This document shows, piece after piece, positions 18,079 to 24,910 of a DNA stretch of 24,910 nucleotides. A program made the translations under genes and the position numbers. The stretch lies in IMG/VR virus record IMGVR_UViG_3300030372_005019, positions 1 to 24,910 of that record. One strand, written 5' to 3'. Within the stretch, counting starts at the first letter, position 1, and each line of letters begins with the position of its first letter. This DNA is from a virus. Taxonomy: Duplodnaviria > Caudoviricetes. The notes beneath the pieces are model-generated. The model worked only from the letters and a program-made list of their open reading frames with translations, was not told where the DNA came from and made no database searches.

Positions 18079-18918
18079 ATGACAGCATATACGACTGAGA
18101 AGACCGGAACGATCAGCATCGAAAACGGGAGTGCGGCCCTGACAGGGGACACGACGCTGTTCAGCGTCAGGGCCTGCGCTGGGGGGCTTTTGATTGTCGA
18201 CGGCGTGGTGGGTGTTATCGCCAGTGTGGAAAGTGACACTGCGGCGACTATGGAAGAAGCATGGCCCGGGACCACTACCTCAGATGCGACATACATTATT
18301 GTGCGATCCACGGCTTCGGCAGCGCGGCTGGTCAACGCTCAAGACAAGCTGGCCGATCTGGTCGACAAGCTCGATGGTCAGTTTTACTTCGACTACGACG
18401 CATTCGGGACCGTGCTTGCGGACCGCGATGCGTTTGACGGCGAAGCAGAGGGCTTCAAGTTCGCGCTTCTCTCCGGCGGGGCTCCGGTCCTTTACGTTCG
18501 GGACACTGCTGTTGCGGGCGTGTGGACGGATGCAATTACCATCAAGGGCGAGACGGGGGATACCGGGCCATCCGGTGCTGACGGGTTGGGGGATTCCTAT
18601 GACATCCTGATCGATGATCCTGGCAAGCCGGGGGCTGGCGAGGTGTTGATGAAACACAGGCTCACCAACACTGTCTCATTTGGGACAGATATGTCCGGAT
18701 CTCGCGTGGTCATAGACACCAACCCGACGGTTGCGGCTGTGTATTCGTTCACGAAAAACAGCGTTCAATTCGCTACATTGACCATCGAAACAGATGGAGG
18801 CATCGCATTTTCCGGGCAAACGACACTTAACGATGGCGATGTGCTGCGGGTCATCGCGCCATCGCCGCGAGATGCAACTCTTTCCGGCGTAAGTATGACA
18901 CTCGCCGGCAGCCGATAA
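18079..18918 (+). CDS. Tail fibre proximal/adaptor protein with a short collagen-like linker
   Basis: N-terminal GTISIENGSAALTG.T.F fibre anchor; Gly-X-Y run GETGDTGPSGADG; RBS AGGA. Confidence 0.7.
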   Translation: MTAYTTEKTGTISIENGSAALTGDTTLFSVRACAGGLLIVDGVVGVIASVESDTAATMEEAWPGTTTSDATYIIVRSTASAARLVNAQDKLADLVDKLDGQFYFDYDAFGTVLADRDAFDGEAEGFKFALLSGGAPVLYVRDTAVAGVWTDAITIKGETGDTGPSGADGLGDSYDILIDDPGKPGAGEVLMKHRLTNTVSFGTDMSGSRVVIDTNPTVAAVYSFTKNSVQFATLTIETDGGIAFSGQTTLNDGDVLRVIAPSPRDATLSGVSMTLAGSR

Positions 18919-18931
18919 TAGGAGACGACCC

Positions 18932-19621
18932 ATGGCCCAGGTGACACGAGCCTACAACACGACAACCGCCTATCTCGCATCAAGGGGCATCGACCAAATG
19001 TCGCTCAAGGTCGCGCTTCTCGCTGACGCCGGAGACTATGTCGCCACGCATAGCACGATTGACGAGATGACAAACGGCACGGCCGGGAACAGCGCTGTGA
19101 CCATGACTATCGCCACGCCCGGCGTGGTGACATGGACCGCCCACGGCATGTCGGACGGAGCCATGGTTTTGCTTACCACCACTGGTGAGCTTCCAACCGG
19201 GTTCACAGCGGGTGGGGTTTATTTTGTCGTCAACTCTGGCACCAACACATTCGAACTTGCTGCGACATCAGGCGGGGCGGCTATTGACACATCAGGTGCG
19301 CAGTCCGGGGTCCACACAGCTTTCCACATCGGGTCATACGAGGTCTCGGGGAATGGCTGGGCGCCGGGCGGCGAGGCGCTGTCAAGCGTGTCGGTTTCTA
19401 CGATCACGACCAACGATGCCCTGATCGACGCCGACGACGTGTCGGTGACGGCAAGCGGCGGGCAGATCGGCTACGCCTTTGGCCATGTCTATTATGATTG
19501 CCTCACGGGCCGGGTGCTGAAGCACACGGACTATGGCGAATCCTGGCGGGCGGGTGACGGCACTCCGTTCAAGATCAACATCCCGAATGGCCTTTACAAT
19601 CTCAATTACACCCCGGCTTAA
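18932..19621 (+). CDS. Virion structural/fibre-associated protein with an inserted beta domain
   Basis: LKVALL...YEVSGNGW.PGG.L...DADDV scaffold interrupted by TPGVVTWTAHG..YFVV..TFEL; RBS AGGAG. Confidence 0.6.
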   Translation: MAQVTRAYNTTTAYLASRGIDQMSLKVALLADAGDYVATHSTIDEMTNGTAGNSAVTMTIATPGVVTWTAHGMSDGAMVLLTTTGELPTGFTAGGVYFVVNSGTNTFELAATSGGAAIDTSGAQSGVHTAFHIGSYEVSGNGWAPGGEALSSVSVSTITTNDALIDADDVSVTASGGQIGYAFGHVYYDCLTGRVLKHTDYGESWRAGDGTPFKINIPNGLYNLNYTPA

Positions 19622-19626
19622 CGGTC

Positions 19627-20133
19627 ATGCTGGGCTTTGGTGCAGTCGCGGAGTTCGGAATTGCAGAGTTCGCGCAACAGATCGGCGTCATCGTCATCGA
19701 GGCGCCGTCTGAACTCACTGTCGTCGCTGGAGAGGATGTGCTCCTGAGTGGAGCGTCAATCGGTGAGGCAGCAACTGTTGCCGAGCTAACAGCTATGATG
19801 GACCCGGTGGGGACCGGGCTACAGATTACAGAGCAGCTCACATATATTGAACTTGAACCTTCCTCGGATTCAGGCGCGAGCGGTGCGCTGATCATCGATA
19901 TCGACACAGTGAGTTTTGAAGTTGGCACAGCCATAGCCGAGGGGGCTATTGGCGAAGAGGGGCCGATTGCGCTGTTCCAGCGTGGGACAGAAATCCTCAT
20001 GTTTACGCGTAACGTCGTGGTGGCTTCTGGCGCCAACACGACAGAGGCATCTGCTGAACTCATAGCGGGCGCTCCTGAAGATGAAATCATTGCGCGTTCG
20101 CGAACACTGAAGAAACTCGCTATCGCCTCCTAA
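19627..20133 (+). CDS. Hypothetical acidic fibre-associated protein
   Basis: Full ORF between structural genes; degenerate G-A-[VI]-[AG]-E repeats. Confidence 0.6.
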   Translation: MLGFGAVAEFGIAEFAQQIGVIVIEAPSELTVVAGEDVLLSGASIGEAATVAELTAMMDPVGTGLQITEQLTYIELEPSSDSGASGALIIDIDTVSFEVGTAIAEGAIGEEGPIALFQRGTEILMFTRNVVVASGANTTEASAELIAGAPEDEIIARSRTLKKLAIAS

Positions 20134-20149
20134 AACAGGAAATACGGAC

Positions 20150-21295
20150 ATGGAATATTTTGATCGCGTGGCTGTCACCACTGCCACGACCGGCACGGGA
20201 ACCATCACGTTTGGTTCTGTTCTGGACACCAATTTCTTTTCATTTGCCGAGCAGGGTGCGGTCGACACCGATCAAGTCTATTACATGCTCAATGAGGGCG
20301 GCGACGTCGAGATCGGGATTGGCACAATCGGAGGGTCGGAGACGACCTTGAGCCGTGACACTGTGCTTTCATCACGCATATCAGGGACGGCCGGCACGAC
20401 AAAAATGAGCCTTGCAGGTTCCGCGCAGGTGCGGTGCATCAGCCCAGCCCAGGCAATCTCCGGGCTCGACCTCAAGGCACCACTGGCAAGCCCGGCGCTG
20501 ACTGGCGTTCCGACCGCACCGTCCGCGCCCATTGGCACGAAGACAACGCAGATTGCGACGACAGCGTTTGTGGACGCGTCAGTCCGACGCGGTCATGTCT
20601 ACGGGCTGACGACCGGGAATAACGGTGCTGACGCCAACAATGACATCGATATTGCCGCTGGCGAGGCGGCCAGTGATGTTGCAGCGCCGGCGCTCATGGT
20701 GCTTGCTTCAACAATCACCAAGAAGCTGGACGCGGCATGGGCCGTTGGCACCGGCGCTGGCGGGCTCGACACCGGGTCGAAGGCCGTTTCAACATGGTAC
20801 TTTGTCTGGCTGATCCATCGCAGCGATACCGGCGTTACCGACGTGCTCTATTCGCTGTCATCATCAGCACCAACGATGCCGGAAAACTACGATCACAAGC
20901 GGCTGATTTGGGCCGTGAAAACGGATGGGTCTGGCAACATTCAGCCTTATACGCAAATCGGTGACAAGTGCATCTGGACAACTGATTACACCGAAGTCAC
21001 AGCATCAACCGTCACTTCTGCAACGGCCTACGTCATTGCCAATGTCCCACCCTTGCTAGGGACCATAGCTGATCTAAACGTGTTTCTCTACAACCCAAGT
21101 GCGGCTGGAGCGGGCAGGGTGTTCTCGGGCCTTCTCTCTAACGGGCGATACAATATTTCAATGCCGACGGCAGGTGGTACAGGTTCGGGTGATATGTCGA
21201 TTGTGGTGGACGGGTCCGGTCAGATAAAGGCTTACAACAGTGTCGCAACCAACCAGCTGTCAATCTACTCTCGCGGCTTCAGGTTCCAGTTCTGA
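20150..21295 (+). CDS. Tail fibre / receptor-binding protein
   Basis: N-terminal DRV..TT.TTGTGTIT anchor; tail-fibre repeat KAPLASPALTGVPTAP..TTQIATTAFV; RBS AGGA. Confidence 0.82.
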   Translation: MEYFDRVAVTTATTGTGTITFGSVLDTNFFSFAEQGAVDTDQVYYMLNEGGDVEIGIGTIGGSETTLSRDTVLSSRISGTAGTTKMSLAGSAQVRCISPAQAISGLDLKAPLASPALTGVPTAPSAPIGTKTTQIATTAFVDASVRRGHVYGLTTGNNGADANNDIDIAAGEAASDVAAPALMVLASTITKKLDAAWAVGTGAGGLDTGSKAVSTWYFVWLIHRSDTGVTDVLYSLSSSAPTMPENYDHKRLIWAVKTDGSGNIQPYTQIGDKCIWTTDYTEVTASTVTSATAYVIANVPPLLGTIADLNVFLYNPSAAGAGRVFSGLLSNGRYNISMPTAGGTGSGDMSIVVDGSGQIKAYNSVATNQLSIYSRGFRFQF

Positions 21296-21882
21296 TGAGC
21301 GGGCGTAGATCCAGACGGTGCGGGATCGTCAATTTGAATTGCTTGGCGTCTATCGGGGATTCCATCACTTGGCGCCCGTCGGTGCCCGAATCATATCCGG
21401 TCCTCATAGGCGCGAACCGTAACTTTTCCACAGTCGTAAATGCTGGAGTTGATGGTAACCAAGCTGCGGCAATGCTGGCGCGGTTTGACAACGATGTGCT
21501 TGCGCACCGGCCTGGTGCGGTTTCAATTATGGCGGGTACAAACGACGCTTACTATGAAAATGATCTCACGCAATGGGAGAATGATGTTCGTGCAATGGTT
21601 AATCGTGCGATAGCAGCAGGCGCACACGTTACCCTTTGCACCCCTCCTGTTGCGCGTGACGCCAGACCTTTGTCTGACTACGCGGCAGTGGCACGAACAA
21701 TCGCTGGCGATACTGGAAACTGCCGACTATTCGATGTTTATGCCCGCTTCGATACATATTCAGAAGGCACAAAAGACTCGCTTTACTCTGATGTTGTCCA
21801 TCTGAATGCCACAGGCTGCGAGTGGGTAGCCAATCTGGCTGATGAAGCAGAGAACCTGCAGGCGTTTACGGTATTGGCTTAA
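21295..21882 (+). CDS. SGNH/GDSL esterase
   Basis: All four blocks present: GDSIT, NAGVDG, GTND, DVVH; TGATG coupling to the fibre gene. Confidence 0.88.
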   Translation: MSGRRSRRCGIVNLNCLASIGDSITWRPSVPESYPVLIGANRNFSTVVNAGVDGNQAAAMLARFDNDVLAHRPGAVSIMAGTNDAYYENDLTQWENDVRAMVNRAIAAGAHVTLCTPPVARDARPLSDYAAVARTIAGDTGNCRLFDVYARFDTYSEGTKDSLYSDVVHLNATGCEWVANLADEAENLQAFTVLA

Positions 21883-22043
21883 CGCTCGCACCGATCGCTG
21901 AGGCCAGGAGCGAACAACTCAAGCACGCCGCCTTCTCTGGCTTCGCAGCCCGAATTCGGCGGCCCGGCCCATTGTCCGAGAATGATGGCGCAAATTACGA
22001 ACGCAAACAGCATTCCGGCACCTGCTATTTCTCTCGGCACCAT
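21879..22043 (-). CDS. Small membrane protein (54 aa), moron-like
   Basis: AAAGGAG about 10 nt upstream of ATG 22043; hydrophobic AGMLFAFVICAIILG; alternative start 22127. Confidence 0.55.
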   Translation of the reverse strand: MVPREIAGAGMLFAFVICAIILGQWAGPPNSGCEAREGGVLELFAPGLSDRCER

Positions 22044-22225
22044 CGTCCAGTATCTCCTTTGCGAGTGCCTGTCGCACTCATCCTTGGGCTTAGCGAAGTA
22101 AAGTCCCCAAGCCTTTGAATTAGCCATTTCTACCCGCTGGGGCAATAGCCCGCATTTATCAACAAGCACCCTGCGCCCTGGCCTTAATAGTTTCCAGGCG
22201 CTTTGTCGTGCTGGAAAGGAAGACA

Positions 22226-23041
22226 ATGGACCGCAATTTTCAACGTGCACTTCCGCTCGTTCTCAAGCACGAAGGCGGTTGGGCCGACAACCCGAAGGAT
22301 CCCGGCGGCGCCACCATGAAGGGGGTCACGATTGCGACCTTCCGGCGTTATGTGAAGGCTGACGCGACGAAGGCTGATCTGCGCGCGATCTCTGATGAGC
22401 AGATCGCCACGGTTTATTACCGGCACTACTGGTCGGTCGTGAATGCGCCGGCGCTGCCGTCCGGTCTTGACTACGCGGTGTTCGACTATGCGGTCAACAG
22501 CGGGCCGAGCCGATCGGCAAAGTACCTCCAGCGAATAGTGGGGGTGAAGCAGGACGGGCGCATAGGCCCAGAAACGCTCAAGGCAGTCAGACGGCACGAC
22601 ACAGCCGAACTGATCAACCGCCTCTGTGATGATCGCCTGGCCTTTCTCAAGCGCGCCAAGGACAGGCAGGGGCGACTGCTGTGGCCAACTTTCGGCGATG
22701 GATGGACAAGCCGCGTTGGCGATGTCCGGCGCACTGCCATCAAGATGGTCGGTGACCCGGCGGATGTGGAGACCGTTAACGTGCCGGTTCCGGTTCCAAA
22801 GCCGGTCGTGCCGCAATCGGTCGATGAGGCAGTCAAGAAGACATCGAAGCAGGGGGGCTGGCTGTCCATTATCAGTGGCGCCGCCGGCACAGCTCTCTCT
22901 GCGGTGCTTGGGGCTGATTGGCAAACAATCGCGGTGATCGGCGGTGTGGGGCTCGGTGTCGCGGTGCTGGCGCTGGTGGCCGGACCGTTGATCGTGTCCC
23001 GGATCAAGGCCATACGCCGGGCTGTGGAGGCAGCCGCGTGA
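22226..23041 (+). CDS. Endolysin, glycoside hydrolase family 108 with PG-binding region and hydrophobic C-tail
   Basis: HEGG..NPKDPGGAT..GVT, VFDYAVNSG, DGRIGPETL, FGDGW..RV; ATG 22226 after AGGAAG. Confidence 0.92.
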   Translation: MDRNFQRALPLVLKHEGGWADNPKDPGGATMKGVTIATFRRYVKADATKADLRAISDEQIATVYYRHYWSVVNAPALPSGLDYAVFDYAVNSGPSRSAKYLQRIVGVKQDGRIGPETLKAVRRHDTAELINRLCDDRLAFLKRAKDRQGRLLWPTFGDGWTSRVGDVRRTAIKMVGDPADVETVNVPVPVPKPVVPQSVDEAVKKTSKQGGWLSIISGAAGTALSAVLGADWQTIAVIGGVGLGVAVLALVAGPLIVSRIKAIRRAVEAAA

Positions 23042-23277
23042 TGTGGTGGCCTGTCGCAAAGTGGGTGGCCGTCGGCGCCGCAGTGATCTTCATCGTACAG
23101 ATGCTCCGCGATGACGGCGCGCAGTCGCTCAAGAACAAGATGGAAAGGCAGGACAATGAAGCAGCTCACAACGCCGACACGGCTCGCCTTGATTACGATG
23201 GCTGCTCTGATGCTGGCCTCGTGTGGGACTTCGGGGCCGGCAAGTGTCGCGGGCCTTCGGAACGTGGTCGGGACTGA
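23041..23277 (+). CDS. Inner-membrane spanin (Rz-like)
   Basis: N-terminal TM (WVAVGAAVIFIVQML), helical periplasmic part, two Cys; TGATG coupling to the endolysin. Confidence 0.7.
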   Translation: MWWPVAKWVAVGAAVIFIVQMLRDDGAQSLKNKMERQDNEAAHNADTARLDYDGCSDAGLVWDFGAGKCRGPSERGRD

Positions 23278-23410
23278 CCTGAAGGGCGCCAAAGGTCTCA
23301 CCCCGAACGATCAGCGCAAGATCGACCGGACAGTGGTTGGGATCTGCGCGGCGTTGATCTGGACCCGGGCCGAATGCGCTGAGCACGGACGTCAGAGCCG
23401 CGCACAGTAA
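23156..23410 (+). CDS. Outer-membrane spanin lipoprotein (Rz1-like), overlapping the i-spanin
   Basis: Signal peptide with lipobox LAS-C; AGGA RBS; starts inside the i-spanin in a different frame. Confidence 0.75.
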   Translation: MKQLTTPTRLALITMAALMLASCGTSGPASVAGLRNVVGTDLKGAKGLTPNDQRKIDRTVVGICAALIWTRAECAEHGRQSRAQ

Positions 23411-23482
23411 GCGGGCCGAGCGGAGATGCGACCTTCCGCACGGCCCTGACCACACCAGCCTACAAGGGGGCCGATATGGCTA
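23410..23482 (-). ncRNA. Candidate cis-antisense RNA with SymR-like two-hairpin architecture
   Basis: The 23449-23480 hairpin pairs fully only on the minus strand (four A-C mismatches become G-U); second stem 23413-23446; covers the RBS/ATG of the leader ORF. Confidence 0.5.
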
Positions 23483-23538
23483 CAGAGACCACTACCCGAT
23501 CATCGGTAAAGCAACCGTTACTGAAGGCATCCCGATGA
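23476..23538 (+). CDS. 20-aa leader peptide coupled to the holin-like gene
   Basis: AAGGGGG RBS at 23464-23470; MATETTTRSSVKQPLLKASR*; stop overlaps ATG 23535 (ATGA). Confidence 0.5.
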   Translation: MATETTTRSSVKQPLLKASR

Positions 23539-23876
23539 CGTTGGCGGAAATGATCAACAGCGACAACGCGCTGGTCTGGGCGGCCGGGTTGGCCGGGGCC
23601 GCGGCTATGGCTGCTACAGACTGGCGTTCGCCATGGCGCCTTGCTCAGCACGTCTTTGTCGGCACAACGGCGGCGATCATTGCCACGCCTTTGCTGTTCC
23701 CGATGATCAGTGGCTTGCTGGGCTTCCTCAATGTCGATGAAGGTGCGCACCAAAACTCAGCGGCATTCATGACCGGCGCATTTGCGATCTACCTGTTCGA
23801 GTACATCCTGGCATTCTGGAACTCGAAAATGATGCAGAGCACCCCAAAGGAGGATGGAGACGGTCATGAGCAATAA
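23535..23876 (+). CDS. Holin-like membrane protein
   Basis: Two to three hydrophobic segments, charged C-terminus, located in the lysis module. Confidence 0.65.
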   Translation: MTLAEMINSDNALVWAAGLAGAAAMAATDWRSPWRLAQHVFVGTTAAIIATPLLFPMISGLLGFLNVDEGAHQNSAAFMTGAFAIYLFEYILAFWNSKMMQSTPKEDGDGHEQ

Positions 23877-24375
23877 AGCGGCCGCCACAGCTGCGGCGAT
23901 GGAAACCTCCGGTGCCGGGCTGAGGTTCATTGCATTGTCGATCGGCGCAATGGTGTTTTTCTCGGTGCTGACCGATTTCAGGCAGTGGCGGGAATCCACC
24001 TCACGGATCTACGCTGAACCGACCAATGTCATCTGGTCCCTTCGCCCTGATGCATTGGTGGTGTCGGGCGTTTCAGAGAAAAAGGAAGACTGCTCGGTCG
24101 TTCATGGCAGCCAGGTGTTCCTTCTGGCCATGGCTGAGTACAACGGTGAGCTTGAGCCGCTGGCGTATCCCGCATTGAAACTCTCAGGAGCAGAGATCGA
24201 AGGCCGGCCGCTGCTCCAGAGTGGTGACCGGTTCGTGGTTGGACCCTGGGTGATCAACGACAGCCGCGAATTGCTCGAGCGCATCAATGAGGTGCGCGTT
24301 ATCCTCCAGTGTGAATTTGCATCCGGGGTTCGCCGGTCGACATACATCGGCCCGCTCTTGAAACCGGGCGCATAG
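23866..24375 (+). CDS. Membrane-anchored hypothetical protein (N-terminal TM, likely periplasmic domain)
   Basis: GGAG at 23856-23859 before ATG 23866; TM FIALSIGAMVFFSVL; two Cys. Confidence 0.7.
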   Translation: MSNKAAATAAAMETSGAGLRFIALSIGAMVFFSVLTDFRQWRESTSRIYAEPTNVIWSLRPDALVVSGVSEKKEDCSVVHGSQVFLLAMAEYNGELEPLAYPALKLSGAEIEGRPLLQSGDRFVVGPWVINDSRELLERINEVRVILQCEFASGVRRSTYIGPLLKPGA

Positions 24376-24480
24376 CCAATTCGCCGCATGCCGCGGCGTT
24401 TGCCCGCCGGTGCTGACCGGTCTGTTCAAAGTGCCTCGAACTCGTCAGGTTGGCTGCAATCTACCTGAAGCGTTCCATTG

Positions 24481-24519
24481 AAAAGAGCCCCGCTGCCCGA
24501 AAGGGTGGCGGGGCTTTTT
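24481..24519. terminator. Rho-independent terminator closing the late operon, possibly bidirectional
   Basis: AAAAGA-GCCCCGCTGCCC-GAAA-GGGTGGCGGGGC-TTTTT. Confidence 0.85.
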
Positions 24520-24548
24520 CGCGTTTTCGGATCGTGGTATCGGGCGAC

Positions 24549-24800
24549 ATGACCGACAACGGAATCAACCTCAAGACATTCGGCGACCTTCTCAGGCATG
24601 GGTTCAAGCTGTCGGGGTTTTGCCGGCGCTGCAGCGTGCACCGTGTTATCGATCTCGCCAAGTGCCCGCCCGATCGACCCTATGTCGGCGCCCGGTTCAA
24701 ATGCCGGGACTGCGCCGGTGCGGTGGAGATCACGTTGAGCCAGATCGTGACTGGAAGCGAAGCTCATCTGCCGGCGCTTGAGCGGTGGCGGAGGGGCTGA
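24549..24800 (+). CDS. Small zinc-ribbon protein (83 aa)
   Basis: CRRC...CRDC; start placed at ATG 24549, downstream of the terminator. Confidence 0.65.
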   Translation: MTDNGINLKTFGDLLRHGFKLSGFCRRCSVHRVIDLAKCPPDRPYVGARFKCRDCAGAVEITLSQIVTGSEAHLPALERWRRG

Positions 24801-24815
24801 AATCAGCTGCTCCTG

Positions 24816-24910
24816 TTATTTCCGGCCGCCGCGCGGTCCGAATTTGTTGTTCAACCAATTGCGCGCCCAGGTCCGGTTTTCCTTGCTGTCGTCGCGCCCG
24901 GCTTCCTCAA
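24816..24910 (-). CDS. 3' end of a convergent gene truncated by the window edge
   Basis: Open frame ...EEAGRDDSKENRTWARNWLNNKFGPRGGRK* ending at TAA 24816-24818. Confidence 0.35.
   Translation of the reverse strand, partial: EEAGRDDSKENRTWARNWLNNKFGPRGGRK

Noticed and set aside
16740-21882. Diversity-generating retroelement or invertible fibre cassette
   Set aside because: No reverse transcriptase, invertase, TR/VR repeat pair or inverted crossover sites seen by eye in this window
24450-24548. Longer 116-aa version of the zinc-ribbon ORF
   Set aside because: It would run through the strong terminator hairpin; ATG 24549 is more plausible
24376-24910. Alphaproteobacterial LexA box (GTTC-N7-GTTC) or attR site
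   Set aside because: Only isolated GTTC/GAAC half-sites are present; an att site cannot be identified without the other prophage end

Overview
This window is the almost complete late (morphogenesis and lysis) operon of a lambdoid/HK97-type siphovirus or prophage. High GC, GTA-gp10-like chaperone and GH108 lysin suggest an alphaproteobacterial, probably Rhizobiales, host (inference). Nearly all genes are on the + strand and tightly coupled, in this order: terS, terL, HK97 portal, ClpP-type prohead protease, major capsid, decoration-like proteins, head-tail joining proteins, tail tube, tail chaperone pair with a -1 frameshift, tape measure, tail-tip genes, multi-part fibre module, SGNH esterase, endolysin, overlapped spanins, holin-like gene and a terminator. 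Two features stand out. (1) A CstII/Maf-like (sialyltransferase-fold) glycosyltransferase candidate sits inside the head module, hinting at virion glycosylation. (2) An unannotated 20-codon leader ORF is translationally coupled to the holin-like gene, and its RBS/start lies under a minus-strand two-hairpin RNA with SymR-like architecture, a candidate antisense control of lysis. No integrase, att site, tRNA, CRISPR array or reverse transcriptase is visible. All family assignments come from motif recognition and synteny, not database searches.
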